From assembly GCA_051362555.1 (NCBI GenBank), contig CM120646.1, positions 20,212,001 to 20,276,000 of the forward strand: a DNA stretch of 64,000 nt. Direction: 5' to 3'. Origin of the DNA: Lingula anatina (Eukaryota; Animalia; Brachiopoda). Shown here one piece after another: positions 52,601 through 64,000 of the stretch (the stretch's first letter is position 1; every line of letters begins with the position of its first letter). The notes beneath the pieces were generated by a model, which worked only from the letters and a program-made list of their open reading frames with translations, was not told the DNA's origin and ran no database searches. Made by a program: the position numbers and the translations under genes.

Positions 52601-55600
52601 TTGCGTCCGGCTAGGACGCAGCTAGATCGCACGTAGCTGCTGTTGATCATGTCGAAAAGTTTCTACGTGCTGTTTGCGTCCTCCAAAAGCCGCACGATGA
52701 ACGTGCTCCTCACGCACGAACTCCCACGTTTCCCCATTTTTTGGCCGTAGACCACACGTAGCAGCCCATACGTTCGGTTGGGACCTAGGCTTTAGCAAGA
52801 GAGACGCGCGTTGTGCAAGACAAACTCAAGAAATGAGCACAATTTCCACGACCATCGCTCCTTGCAATTAGCGTCCCTGCCTGAAAGGAAATCTCATGTG
52901 GCCCTTGCGACTCGCAAGGCAGACTTTCCTCTACCTCTACGACCTCCGCAACCCCCAAAAATCGCATCGCAGGGGACGCACGATCCTGAAATTCGTGCGT
53001 CTTGTTGTGACCGAGGCTTTACCTTCCCATACTATTCGTTTCGCTTTTGTGCGCAAATTCTATCTCTCTCAACTCACCTGCTCTTTCAGACACTTTTACT
53101 TTCTCATCAGCGGTGGCTCCATTAAAACTATAACACACTCCATAATCAGTTAGGACCGGCTTGAAACTGTCTTTTTCACAAGGCTGTCCATCCCAAAAGC
53201 ATCTAGAACAATGACGATAAAGTCAACGATACATGCGGCTGATAAATACTTTCGTTCTTAGTAAAGGGTAATGAAGCTCAATGTCCATACATTCGTCAAT
53301 GGAAATAGCTCACTGAGAGTTTAAAGGGATAATAACTCTTCGTATGAGATCTATATTTCACAATAAAAACATTGTAAACAACTCACAGAAAAATAATATG
53401 TTCTTTTTACCTCAAAACAGCAGTTATAGCTATTATTCTGATATCTGAACTTGTCATCGGACCATGTGACCTCCATAGATAACTATACTCTGTTATAATT
53501 TCTTAAGAGATTTTTACAAAAAAAAATTTTTTTTACAAAAAAAAAACCAGGGACTAACTAACCATTGGCAAGTTTGGGGAAATTATTGTTTATTCCAGAA
53601 AAATTCATTTTTGGCCAAAACGAACAGTTATTGTCCCTTTAAACTAAACTGGTCTAATTCCCAACAGGGTATTAAAAGTCGTGTGATTGGTCAATCAGTT
53701 TGTCTTGGCACGGTGTAAAATCCTTCTCTTATGACAGTTTTCAATTGAGTTTAAGTTAAGTTACTAATTACCTGTGAATTAGGTCTTCAAATTGGTGTGC
53801 AGCTTTGAATAGGAACGGTGTTAATTCTACTCTTTTGTGCCCTTGGATTAATAATATAATATAATATAATATAATATAATATAATATAATATAATATAAT
53901 ATTTCTCTTATTGAGCAGCTGTATATTACCATGGTATCTTGAATAAAGGACAGCAATCTCTTTAATGTGTAGTACTCTATGGAAGCGTAGAGTTGAAGAT
54001 ATTTTATACATAATTTTAATTGATCTATATACACTCTTGGTAAAAAAGGCTGTCCCACCTCCAATTCTATTTGCTCTACCTATATAGGATCACCTCTCAG
54101 TATCAACCACCTTATAAGCTGTACCATCTCTGTCAAGTTCTTCAAGCGTCAAATTGAAACCGTGTGGTAACAAGTGCTCTTGCCACAGCAGAACAAGGTG
54201 ACATTCAATTTACCTATCCCAGGGTTCTCGGAGGTAACGTTATTCTCCCGGGAAGAACCACTGTCTATCTCTAGAGTTGGGCTCAAAATGTCCACCCCAT
54301 TTTTGTCGTTGCAGGTATTATTAAAAAACTGCCTGAGTTCTGGAAGCATGATAATGGGGCCATTAAGAATAGAAGATCCGAGTATTAACTGGTCCAAGGA
54401 TCAAACATGGCGGACCCTACATGAAAGGGAGACAGCTTAATCCTTTAATGCTGTCTCCGCCTCTCACACACCTCCGCACGGGTCGTCCTTGCATGGGGCA
54501 CAGTAATCCGACCGGATGCGTGGGAAGGCGTGTGAGAGGCGGAGAGACCATTACATGATTAAGCGGTCTTCCTTTCATGTAGGGTCCGCCATATTTGACT
54601 CTTGGACCATTTGATACTCGGATCTATTCTGAATAACCGCACTGAGACAAATGAACTGGTTCATTTGAGTCACGTATATGTACACATTCATTGTTTTTAA
54701 ACAAAGCACACACGAAAAGTGTCAGGTGTGCGTCATAAACTGTATGTCACAAATGCGTCAATTTCAATATGCGAGTCACAAACAAACACATTCAACCGCA
54801 CACAGATACACAAATCGTGCACTCTTGCGACTGGACACAAAGGCTCATTTACACGCATGTACACAGGCACACAGATATATAGACACTCGCACAGATACAT
54901 GAATAAACAAAAACAGAGAATCCTAACCGTCGCATCCCGCTTCATCTGATCCATCTCCGCAGTCATCAATCTCGTTGCATACTAAACTCTTGGCAATGCA
55001 TAGGCCAATTGTGCATTGGAACACATCCGATCCGTTACAAACTGTGTCAGAAAAAGAGACGAACGTATAAAATACAATTTTTGCCATGCGGTGGCTGTAC
55101 ATCAATTGTACTGAGAAGCAAACGGATCAACTATAAACAATCTCAATGCATAGGCCAATTGTGCATTGGAACACATCCGACCCGTTACAAACTGTGTCAG
55201 AAAAAGAAATGGATGTATCAAACACAAATATTGCCATGAGGTTACTATTTATACTAAGACACACACACGGTAACATTAGCAGTAAGTTAGTCTATTCATA
55301 TCACTATCGTCGTCAGATGCTTATCAGTGGTGAGGCATTGGAGGGTAGTCTTTAGTTTCAGGAAAATATGGAAAAAAGTATGAAAAAGATTCAAAAACAT
55401 TTAGGATATTTTAGAAATTTGTTAAGGATACAAACAATTACAGAACGGGGATAAAGGCCGGATTGGTGAGGCAAGTTTGTAAGATTGGAAATTTTAGTGG
55501 ACCTTCATTAGTGACGTAGAAAGAGCGACAGAGTGAGGAACGGACATTTAAAGGGATAATAACTCTTTGTATGAGATATATATTTCACAATAAAAACATT

Positions 55601-58600
55601 GTGAATAACTCATAGAAATATAATATATTCTGTTTTACAACAAAAACGGCAGTTATAGCTATTATTCTGATATCTGAGCTTGTCTTTAGACCACGTGACC
55701 TCCATTGATGGCTATACTAAGTTAAAATCTCTTAAGAGATTTTAACAAAAAACCAAACTTTTTAGAAAAAACCAGGGACTAACTTTGAATGCAAAAATGG
55801 ATTCATTAACCATTGGTAAGTATGGGAAAATTGTTGTTTACTCCAGGAAAATTCATTTTTTGGCCGAAATGAAGAGTTATTATCCCTTTAAACTTACATA
55901 AAATACGAACAAAGTTGTGCGGATGCCAAACTGTCGCATACGCAAGCTGTTCTTACTTTGTATTTATAATTTCCAAGATAATAGTGTACATTTTATTAAA
56001 ACATTCATTTAGTGTATTTCGTGTAGGAACCTATAAAAAGTATAATATATCCCCCCTAACATATAAATGTACTGTGTCAATATTGGGAACCACGCGACTC
56101 TAAACAATCTCAGGTCTTATAAGCGAATTAGCTGTTTGCAAACTCGAGCCTCAAATTTGATAGCGTGAACATCCCAATTAACAAGTCAAACCACGCTTTA
56201 ACATGGTACGAAGGTAAAATAAGCATGCACGAGCACATCGCTATAAACCAAGAACCGTTCGGTACGTTCGTATTTGCCGGATATTGTCGAAGGCGCATTA
56301 CTCCCGTATTAAAACGCGGTATGGATAGTAGATTATTGAAATACCTTAGTTTGATTTGCTCTGAGACCTGTTATATATTTTTCGTTCATTTTTTCCGAGC
56401 TTTGGTTGACCATCGCAACTAACATCACTCCCCTCAAAAAAAAAAAAAAAAAAAAAAACATCACCTCTTTATTGGGCCTTGGTTTAGAGGCCAAGAATCT
56501 TTCTCTTTTGTTAAAAAAGTAGAAACAGGAGAAAATAATATCACGCGTGAATTTTCGAAAGATCTAAGGTGCATTTTCTTCTACTTTTTTCCATGCTGAG
56601 AACAGATCGGGGTTGAGGAAAAGAACCCGTATGTGTACAGCTTAAGACCCGGATAAAAGAGGGAATTCACAACAGATAATCCTCGGATCAACTGATATGC
56701 GGACTAAATACGGCGTCTCTACATGCAAACAGAGCCAACTCATCAGCTGATTGTCTCCCCGACTCCAAGCGTGTCGTCACTGCAGGGGTCTAGCAAGTAA
56801 AACTCGGGGCCGTGCTTTAATCCTTTTAATGGCGCGTGGGGACCGTAAGTTCATGCCATGATATCGTGGTTCGAGTCACAAACCTGCGGCTCGCGATCAC
56901 AAACGGCGATTATCGATTATGAACCTATCAAAGTCTTATAACCTGTGTGCAACTCCGAATATCTCTGTGTACATTCAAGGTAAGTTAAAAAACACACTAT
57001 CATTTCTTACCACATCCATTTAGCTCGTCTGTAAAATCCATACAATCGTTATAACCGTCGCATTTTTTGTCCTCATCAATAACATAACCATTTTCACAGT
57101 AAAACGGGCGTGCCTCTGTCTTATAATTGTAGGCATTTTCGATTTTTCCCACATCGCAATATCCAGGATTTACTTCAACGCTATCAATAGCTGGACCTTT
57201 ATTGTTCAATCCAGCAATACTTTCAAATACAAGTCGGAATTCTTGCCCCTCATGTTTTATCATTGTATAAACCGTTTTCCACTCCTCCCCTGTTTTGTTG
57301 AACGATTCCCATATCTGGCGTCGTCTGTCGGTCTTGTACTGTGAATGTAGCTTTAAAACAACAGCGTCGAAATCTGAGATCTTGAACACAAATTTTACGC
57401 AGGCAATGTCGGTTGTTGGGATTCGAACTGGAGGCGAAATGAGAGAAGTTCTCGATTTGTACCGTACGCCATTTTGGACATCCACACCCATGAAGCGTTC
57501 ATATTTATCTAAATAAAAACATAAAATAAAAAACAAAAAAATTAAACTTGTGTTTATACTATGTTACATATCCAAAAAACTGTATCGTCATTTTGCATCA
57601 CATGTAAAAATAATTAATTGGTCAGTAAATTAAAATCAGGATATATATATAGTAAAAATTTCCCAGCTATAACAGAAAGCACCACGAGTGCCAGGAATTA
57701 TAGGGTTATTGGGGTCTAGGCATCGAAAAGTGAGTGAAACTGTGTGGTTAAATTTGATGAACAATTAGTTCGGGTCAGAAAAAGGAAGATATTTCAAGAA
57801 AAGGGAGACACGGACTCCAAGAATCATTACAAAGTATAGTCAAGAAAAGAAACTTAGCCTTGGTTATGGAACCCTACAGCACATTATGGCAGAGGGAAAA
57901 ATGAACCGGCAGATCGAGTATATACGTGACGCAAGCGCCGTCACCCAAGTGTCGCGGAAATCGAAATGGCTCAAATTGGTAAAAGGTTTGTTTGTGGCAA
58001 AAAGAGATAATATCTTGTGAACCACATCTCTTCCCTGTAAAGCAACGAAACGACATAGAAGACTTCAAAAAAGTACCAACCTGCTTCAGTAATATACTCA
58101 GGTACCCATTTATACAATGAGCGGCCAACAGGGGAAACCCGGTAACCACAGTTGTACTTGGTTAAGAAGTTACACGTGGCCGACATTTGATCTAAAATAG
58201 AAACGTTGTATATACATACCTTTAGATATAACAGAATAGTAACTATTGTGATGAAGGTACCTCGAGGAAGTTAAACTGCTTCATTGTCTTACTCGTGTTT
58301 TATAGCGGCCTATGACTGTTTCCTAGAATATTATCTTTTCAGTGCCCATTGAGGCAATCCTTGGTTGCGATTACATTGCCAAACAACCGGGATTTTTTGT
58401 TTTGTTTGATAATATAACTATTGCTATTGTTAAAGAAGAAAAAAAATGAACGGGGTAAAAGCAGGTTGTCTATTGAAAAACTACAATGCAGAAATGTCTA
58501 ATGTGGATTGGGGCGTGGGGGGGGGGGTGCGAATTAGAAGCAAGCTTGATACCAAGTAATTTGACTGCTGCCAATTTCACCAAGCACGGAACAGATGATA

Positions 58601-61600
58601 AAATTGATGACACTTATTTCTTTTTACGCATTTCCCTTAGCTCTACATGTAGGGGTAGTTTAAAGGTACTCATCTACTAAAAGTAAACATTTATATGATA
58701 AAAATAGAATTTTCATGAAAATTAAAAAGTACTTGAATTGCAAAAATCTCCAAAATCGTTTGCAGAGTGATCATCCCCAAACCCGGTCTGAGTTCTAAGT
58801 TCATACCTGTGCATGGTTTCGTTTCATCACTAAAGTCGCCGCAGTCATTTTCTCCATCACACAGAGTTTCTTTATGAACGCATACCTCGTTGTCGCATTC
58901 GAACTCAGTCGATGTACAAGCTGCGAAAAAAAGATAGCATTCTTTGTGATGTACACTACGTGCAATGTAAGAAGGCCTACATGTAGCAGCCTATCTAGAG
59001 GCTATTAAGAAGCAAATCGTTTGGTGCAATATCATCTTGACTGTTGCAGCGACCTTCATTAACTGGTGGTTAAATCAAAGCTATTTTAAACAATAACTTA
59101 CATCGGGGGATATCGCAGTAGTCTATATCCCATCTCTTTGAGGTAATGCACCATGGTCCTTTGGGATCCTGGTTCGGGTTTCTACAATAGTTTTTGGCAT
59201 CTTCTATGCTCTTGTCGGGAAAATCTGTCACATCTAAACCAAACTTTATCATGTTGTCACGTCGCGCTATCTGCTGGGCCCAATTCATGCAAGGTTTCCC
59301 ACTTTCTGTGATGTTCAATGTGCCGGTGTACGTGGCACCGGGTCCCATTAACGTTGATTCTGTCGGTTCGAATAAAAAAAAAAAAATGGAGCAAAGGGAT
59401 TGACCATTTAAATACATATGCATACAACATTACATTAATGTGTGAATGAGCTACTTATTATTCGCGTGTTTAATGGACTTTAAATTCGATGAAATATATA
59501 TTCTATAGTGTCTTTTATGTGAATATGACAAAGAATATGGCAAAGAAATTACGGTAAGGAAGCCGACACCGATATATCAGTCATGCGAGCAAGGGATTTG
59601 GGAGCAGGTAAAACACGTTTTTTAGAAATCATTCAAGTACTTTTTTGCTGGCGGGAGCCATTGGAGTTAATGTCACAGAATGATATGTGGAGTATTTCTC
59701 ATCTTGTGTGGGGTTAAAAATAACGTCACCTGTCGGACAATTACTGTCATGTTCATCAGACCAGTCCCCGCAGTTAGGGTCGCCGTCACATTTTAATGCC
59801 ACTGAACGACATTGGCCACTTTTACATTGAAACTCTTCCCCGCACGCTGAATATAGAATGGAGATCTAGCAAACATTTCGAAGCACGGGAAAAATATTGT
59901 TTATATAGCGCCTGTATTGAAAATACTGCAATCTACAGATCGTCTACAAAATTATTCAGTCTGCTGGTTTTACTTTCATTTTGAAAGCAAATTAATACAT
60001 TAATAAATTCTACGGCAAAACTTTTTAAAATCTCCGCCGACACTTTTCGAATGACGATGTAACAACATTTATAGCATACAGTACCGGCACAGATGGGGAT
60101 ATCACACGATTGCCAAGCTATGGTTCTGTCAGTTGTATAGCACCATGGACCAGCTGGGTTCGCATCCGGGTTCCTACAGAAGTTTGAGGCTTCCGGTACC
60201 GAGGCATCTGGGAAATCACTCGGGCTCTTAAACTGGTGCTTGTGTGGAGACTGCATGTCCCAGCGCTGACAATCATAACCGTCAAGAGTCACATTCTTAT
60301 GTCCTATGTAATTGGAGCCATGGCGGTCTTGCAGGCATTCAAATTGTGCTGCAATGACGACAAACAACCGTTTGGTTAAGATGAAGCGGCAAAACTAGAT
60401 ACTTTACAAAGTCCGAAAACGAAGATTGAACACTTTGAGTGGACATTGTAGAAGTACAGATATATAAGACGGTATGATTCTGACACAAGTACTTAATTTG
60501 TTTTGTTAAAGTAGGCATCTGAATGCTAACTTTCTTGAACTGACACTCAGATACACGGTAGTTCGGTTCCGTCCGGTTCAACCTTTACTGCCTTGTTGCC
60601 TGTAACTGTAATGATCCATTTCATTTGGGATTAGGCCAAATGTTCTGATGGGAGCTGTTAAGCTAGATTCTCACAATGTCCATATATGTCCATGAACCTA
60701 CCTTCATCACTACACGGTGGGAGATCTGGACATTTGAACTGATCTTTACATATTCCAGGCACAATTGCCACCTCATCCACTGCCAGTGTTCCGGGGCAAC
60801 TCTTTAAGATTTTTCTATTTTGACTTATGCTATCTTTAAGAAGATGAGCTTGGAATATGACGTTGTACTGTCCAGCTGGTAACTGGACGACATCTCTGAG
60901 CCATTGATTTACCGGCTCCCCGGTGCTGAAGAACAAGTTTTTACGAATAACACCATGCTTCTTCCCCGAATTCTACAAAGACAAAAAATTATTGAATTAT
61001 ATAACCTTTATGTTAAATTAAAGGCAATATATATAGAAACGCCAATACATTATGTCAGATGTAAAATACTAGTACATGCAATCAGATGTAAACTGCTCTT
61101 CCAACGACAACAGCATTGGTTTTTTTTAACAAGGTTTTAGTGGACGATTTATCTTAAAGGCACATACGTCCTCAGCTCAAATATTACTACTTTTACCATA
61201 AAGAGTTCAAACTAATGACCTCAGCATATTAAACGTAACATATAATGTCCATGACAATAGCAAATAAAGCCTAAAAGCCGATGGATCTGTAAATAAATAG
61301 GTATGAAAAGTGCACTTTCACTAAAATTCGTACGAATATCCAATATGCAAATCAGCTAGGATCCGCCTCGAAGTGTTATGTATCTCTCATTTAAATATAT
61401 GTCACATGACCGCAAAGTTATTATGGCGGACGAGGGGAAGCGTAAACGCGTTTACAAGAAGCCATTGTTAACCGATTCAGCAAAGAAAAGGAGAAAAAAG
61501 AGTAAGATAAGAGAAGATTTAGCGAGAGGGTGTCAATTCACCTTCACAGGGTCCATCATAAAATGCTGCAGATTTCAGAAGTACAAACAGACCAGACTGA

Positions 61601-63868
61601 GGATGACTTCATCCAAAATAAGCACAACAAAAATAATAAAAGTAAGCTAGAAAATACCCAGTACCCAAAACATGTCCATGCTATCAAGCCTCGTGACTAT
61701 CGAAGTAAGAACCTCATTCGCACTCGCAGGCTTACTTCAAAGTTGCACGTCACCTCGACCTATGCCATGTTAATTAATTTTGTGCGATTTTGTGCATCAA
61801 AAATTACTCACACTAATGCCTGATACCTCTTTCATTAAAGAATATCGGTTAAAATGTTGTAGTCCACTTACATTTGTATGAAAACGGCTTTTAAGTACAC
61901 AGTAATGACGGTCTCGTCGATGCCATATTGAAACACGTGTGTATTTACGGCTCAGTGTTTACATCCGGGTTCCGGATATATATGCAAAGCGCGCGCAATA
62001 TTTAAATGATCTTTGACTGACAAGTAAAGAAGTCTCAAATAGCGGTATAAGCGCTCAAAAACATCTTATGGAAGACATTTATGAGTTCGTTGTGAGCAGA
62101 CATGTAAGTTAGGTATATTTGAACACCACCAAACTATTTTAATGAGGAAAATCATGGAATTTTTCGTAAAAATCCGAGTACGTATGGGCCTTTAATGTCT
62201 TTTTATGAAGTGTGTGTGCAAACATAGCTACAAGGTATCCACAAAAAGAAGCCGGATGTGAAATGCTCCGTGAAATGATAAGTACTTACTGTTGATGCTC
62301 TTTCCTTGAGAACGTTGAGCTTTGATGTTCCCAACCCATCTATGTAGTAACAAAAGTGTAGACAATGTGGCATGGAAATGTTGATAGGGGGTGACACCAA
62401 TTCCGCAACTCCATTGGCAAACCCACAGGCGTCAGCGATCATGACTGATCCTAAACCGACAGATATTGATATCAGTGATTAAATCTACACAGCACTGCAA
62501 ATATTAAGCGGATCTTACTTTAAATAATGTTTTGTGTTTGAATGCGGAAAATTTTACATTTTACAAAAACAGTTACCAGTAAATTTTTGCCATTGCAAAA
62601 TAGCAAATAAATAAATAAATAATAATAATAATAATAATATACCTCTATAACTCACTTTGTGTGAAACTGCATTTTATACAATCAAACAAAAACACACATC
62701 CAGATGCTTCCTTACCTGAACTCTTACACGTAAGATTAGGGTTCGTATGCAGGCTCGGTAGATGATTTTCTGTTCTTGTCCAAGTGAAGCCACTTCCTGC
62801 TTTCCTTACTGAGTACCCACAGCTGTACGAATCCTCAAATCCACACCCCACAGAAAAATCTGAAAAACCAATTTACACATTTGATTGCATTTCATCAATA
62901 ACATGAATGAATTTTATTAGTTTGAATGTTACAGATTCTTATTTAATGAAAAGATCGCCATTGTTATAAATCATTAATAATATTTTAAAATTGGAAATAC
63001 GATAAGGTAGGTCTGATTTCCTATTAAACACTAATCTATATATAGATTCGAAAATGATACGAACTACAAGGGGTTTCTTCGTCACTCCTGTCGCCACAGT
63101 TATCAACCCCATTGCATAATAAGTGACTGTCAACACACATGCCGTTTGTGCATTGAAATTGACCTTCAGTACAATCTGGAATAGAACAATAAAAAACCAT
63201 ACTGTGGGAAATGCACAGTATCAAAGCTAAGATAAAGTATTCAACGACGCATAAAATGTTCCCGTTTAAACAACAATGCAATTGTGAAGCGAGTAGTCAA
63301 GAGATACATTGTGTATTTTGTTTGGTTATACCATCGTCCTTTCTTTACAATCAATTTTTTTCTCGTTAAATGAGGATATTTTAGTTATCCAACAGGTGCA
63401 GTCCACACTTTGGCTTATTTACCAAAAACTTAGTAAAAAAAAAAAATAAATAAAAAAAATAAAAAATAAAAACACCTTGGCTGAAATCGACAATTCCAGA
63501 ACAAACTGTATCGTCAATGCATTACTATAGACATTCATTCAACCCGAAGATATTTTCAGTAAACCTGAATTCTTGTGAAAAAGGAGTACAGGAATCCATC
63601 ATACCGCAGAAAGGGACATCGCATCTCTCCCCTCTTGTGTCCATGTCGGATGTAAAACACCAAGGTCCATCTTTTCTCAGGTCAGGGTTGCGACAGAAAT
63701 TATTTGCCTGTATCAACGTACCGTCGGGGAAGACGGCAAACTCTCTCAGCTTCTTTAATTGCTGTACGACGCTGTCCGACCTCCACGGCATGCAGGCTTT
63801 CCCACTTTTCGTCCAAGAAACTGTCCCGCTGTATTCCGATCCCACACGTGTACGTATGCATCCATAAA
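46616..63868 (-). CDS. Giant DEG/ENaC (ASIC-like) channel subunit with Kringle, LDLa and MAM modules in its ectodomain; 5'-partial
   Basis: 20 GT-AG exons: 63868-63605 (Kringle), 63175-63065 (LDLa), 62859-62716, 62450-62290 and 60972-60702 (MAM), 60348-60085 and 59359-59102 (Kringles), 58920-58807 (LDLa), 58191-58081 and 57508-57011 (MAM+LDLa), 55041-54928 (LDLa), then channel exons 53841-53772, 53202-53078, 51532-51450, 50573-50475, 50288-50126, 49608-49552, 49141-47704, 47295-47204, 46809-46616. Total 4631 nt, one open frame. Confidence 0.72.
51808..52254. mobile_element. Cluster of Harbinger-type MITEs (AGCCTAGGTCCCAAC family), one copy (51911-52147) inside another
   Basis: Outer termini AGCCTAGGTCCCAACT / AGTTGGGACCTAGGCT with TAA flanks. 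The inner copy has the same type of termini. Confidence 0.8.
52336..53018. mobile_element. Harbinger-type MITE (GCCTCGGTCACAAC family), TTA TSD
   Basis: TIRs (T)GCCTCGGTCACAAC / GTTGTGACCGAGGCT with TTA on both sides. Homologous to 18382-19566. Confidence 0.85.
52545..52791. mobile_element. AGCCTAGGTCCCAAC MITE nested in 52336-53018
   Basis: Matching TIRs and TTA TSD. The empty site ggagttagcaag is visible, reverse-complemented, in the paralog at about 19345-19356. Confidence 0.9.
53325..53638. mobile_element. Kolobok-like MITE (TTAA TSD, AGG termini)
   Basis: TTAA|AGGGATAATAACT...AGTTATTGTCCCT|TTAA. A second copy lies at 55552-55887. Confidence 0.8.
53850..53900. repeat. (ATAAT)n pentanucleotide repeat
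   Basis: Read directly from the sequence; it accounts for the YYIIL repeats in spurious ORFs. Confidence 0.9.
54366..54630. mobile_element. Fold-back (long inverted repeat) element
   Basis: Arms of about 110 bp: agatccgagtatt...ggcggaccctacatgaaagg...ctccgcctctcacac / gtgtgagaggcggag...cctttcatgtagggtccgcc...atactcggatct. Confidence 0.8.
55144..55207 (-). pseudogene. Truncated tandem duplicate of the last LDLa exon, including its splice acceptor
   Basis: Copy offset by 150 bp from 54994-55057. It reads [20 protein letters not shown] and stops. Confidence 0.8.
55552..55887. mobile_element. Kolobok-like MITE, second copy
   Basis: TTAA|AGGGATAATAACTCTT...AAGAGTTATTATCCCT|TTAA. Confidence 0.85.
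61158..62191. mobile_element. Kolobok-like non-autonomous element in a channel-gene intron
   Basis: TTAA|AGGCACATACGT.CTC ... GAG.ACGTATGGGCCT|TTAA. Short basic ORF remnant [21 protein letters not shown] inside. Confidence 0.75.
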
Positions 63869-64000
63869 CTGCAATGACCCAAATTTTATACTAACTTGGA
63901 ATAAACCCAATATCGCATTAGAGGAGTGTGCACAATGGCGGGTTTAAGGGGGGTGTCAGGGGGGTCCTGACCCCCCCTTCGATTTCCAAAAAAAAAAAAA

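Larger units (their letters stand above)
46616..53841 (-). other. DEG/ENaC core portion (post-finger ectodomain, thumb, TM2)
   Basis: Motifs [18 protein letters not shown]...[13 protein letters not shown]; [17 protein letters not shown]; [24 protein letters not shown]; YTTGRC...CGC...C...C...CIQPC; NFLSLDVYF; TM2 [25 protein letters not shown] with the GAS filter. Confidence 0.95.
54928..63868 (-). other. Kringle/LDLa/MAM extracellular module array
   Basis: Kringle motifs NFCRNPD...PWC and [15 protein letters not shown]; LDLa motifs FQC..G.C.....CNG.D.CGD.SDE; MAM motifs CGFE...CGY, LVSPP...[29 protein letters not shown]. Confidence 0.92.

Noticed and set aside
51808-53018. Repeated ~16-60-bp motifs resembling a CRISPR-like or regulatory array
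   Set aside because: They are terminal inverted repeats of nested MITEs with TWA duplications. There is no regular repeat-spacer period, and the context is eukaryotic.
53768-54079. ORFs 53768-54064 and 53787-54011, and a possible extra exon at about 53930-54079
   Set aside because: The ORFs run through an (ATAAT)n repeat and only 53841-53772 has channel similarity. The candidate extra exon has no recognisable motif and is not needed for phase, although it cannot be excluded.
56580-56900. GC-richer intronic patch resembling a tRNA-derived SINE
   Set aside because: No convincing A/B boxes, cloverleaf or TSD could be identified.

Overview
AT-rich, intron-rich animal genomic DNA, most likely a lophotrochozoan such as a mollusc (inferred from gene content, not provable here). 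Left to right the window holds: (1) a tandem array of secreted chitin-binding + laminin-G/ConA-like (Pif/LamG3-like) matrix-protein genes, comprising the 3' end of one copy, a pseudo-exon and two complete copies; (2) an NXPE/PC-esterase-family gene; (3) a decayed PIF/Harbinger transposon with nested MITEs; (4) a 9-finger C2H2 zinc-finger gene; (5) a decayed Sola-like transposon; (6) a membrane-anchored copper amine oxidase with a Tc1 remnant in an intron; (7) a galactose-3-O-sulfotransferase-family gene; and (8) the 3' part of a very large minus-strand gene. I traced gene 8 through 20 phase-compatible exons (about 1,540 codons). It encodes Kringle-LDLa-MAM-Kringle-Kringle-LDLa-MAM-LDLa-LDLa spliced into the finger region of a DEG/ENaC (ASIC-like) channel, which also carries an insert of about 430 aa before TM2. 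This receptor-like channel is the most notable observation. All exon models were derived by eye from GT-AG sites and reading phase; no database searches were run.
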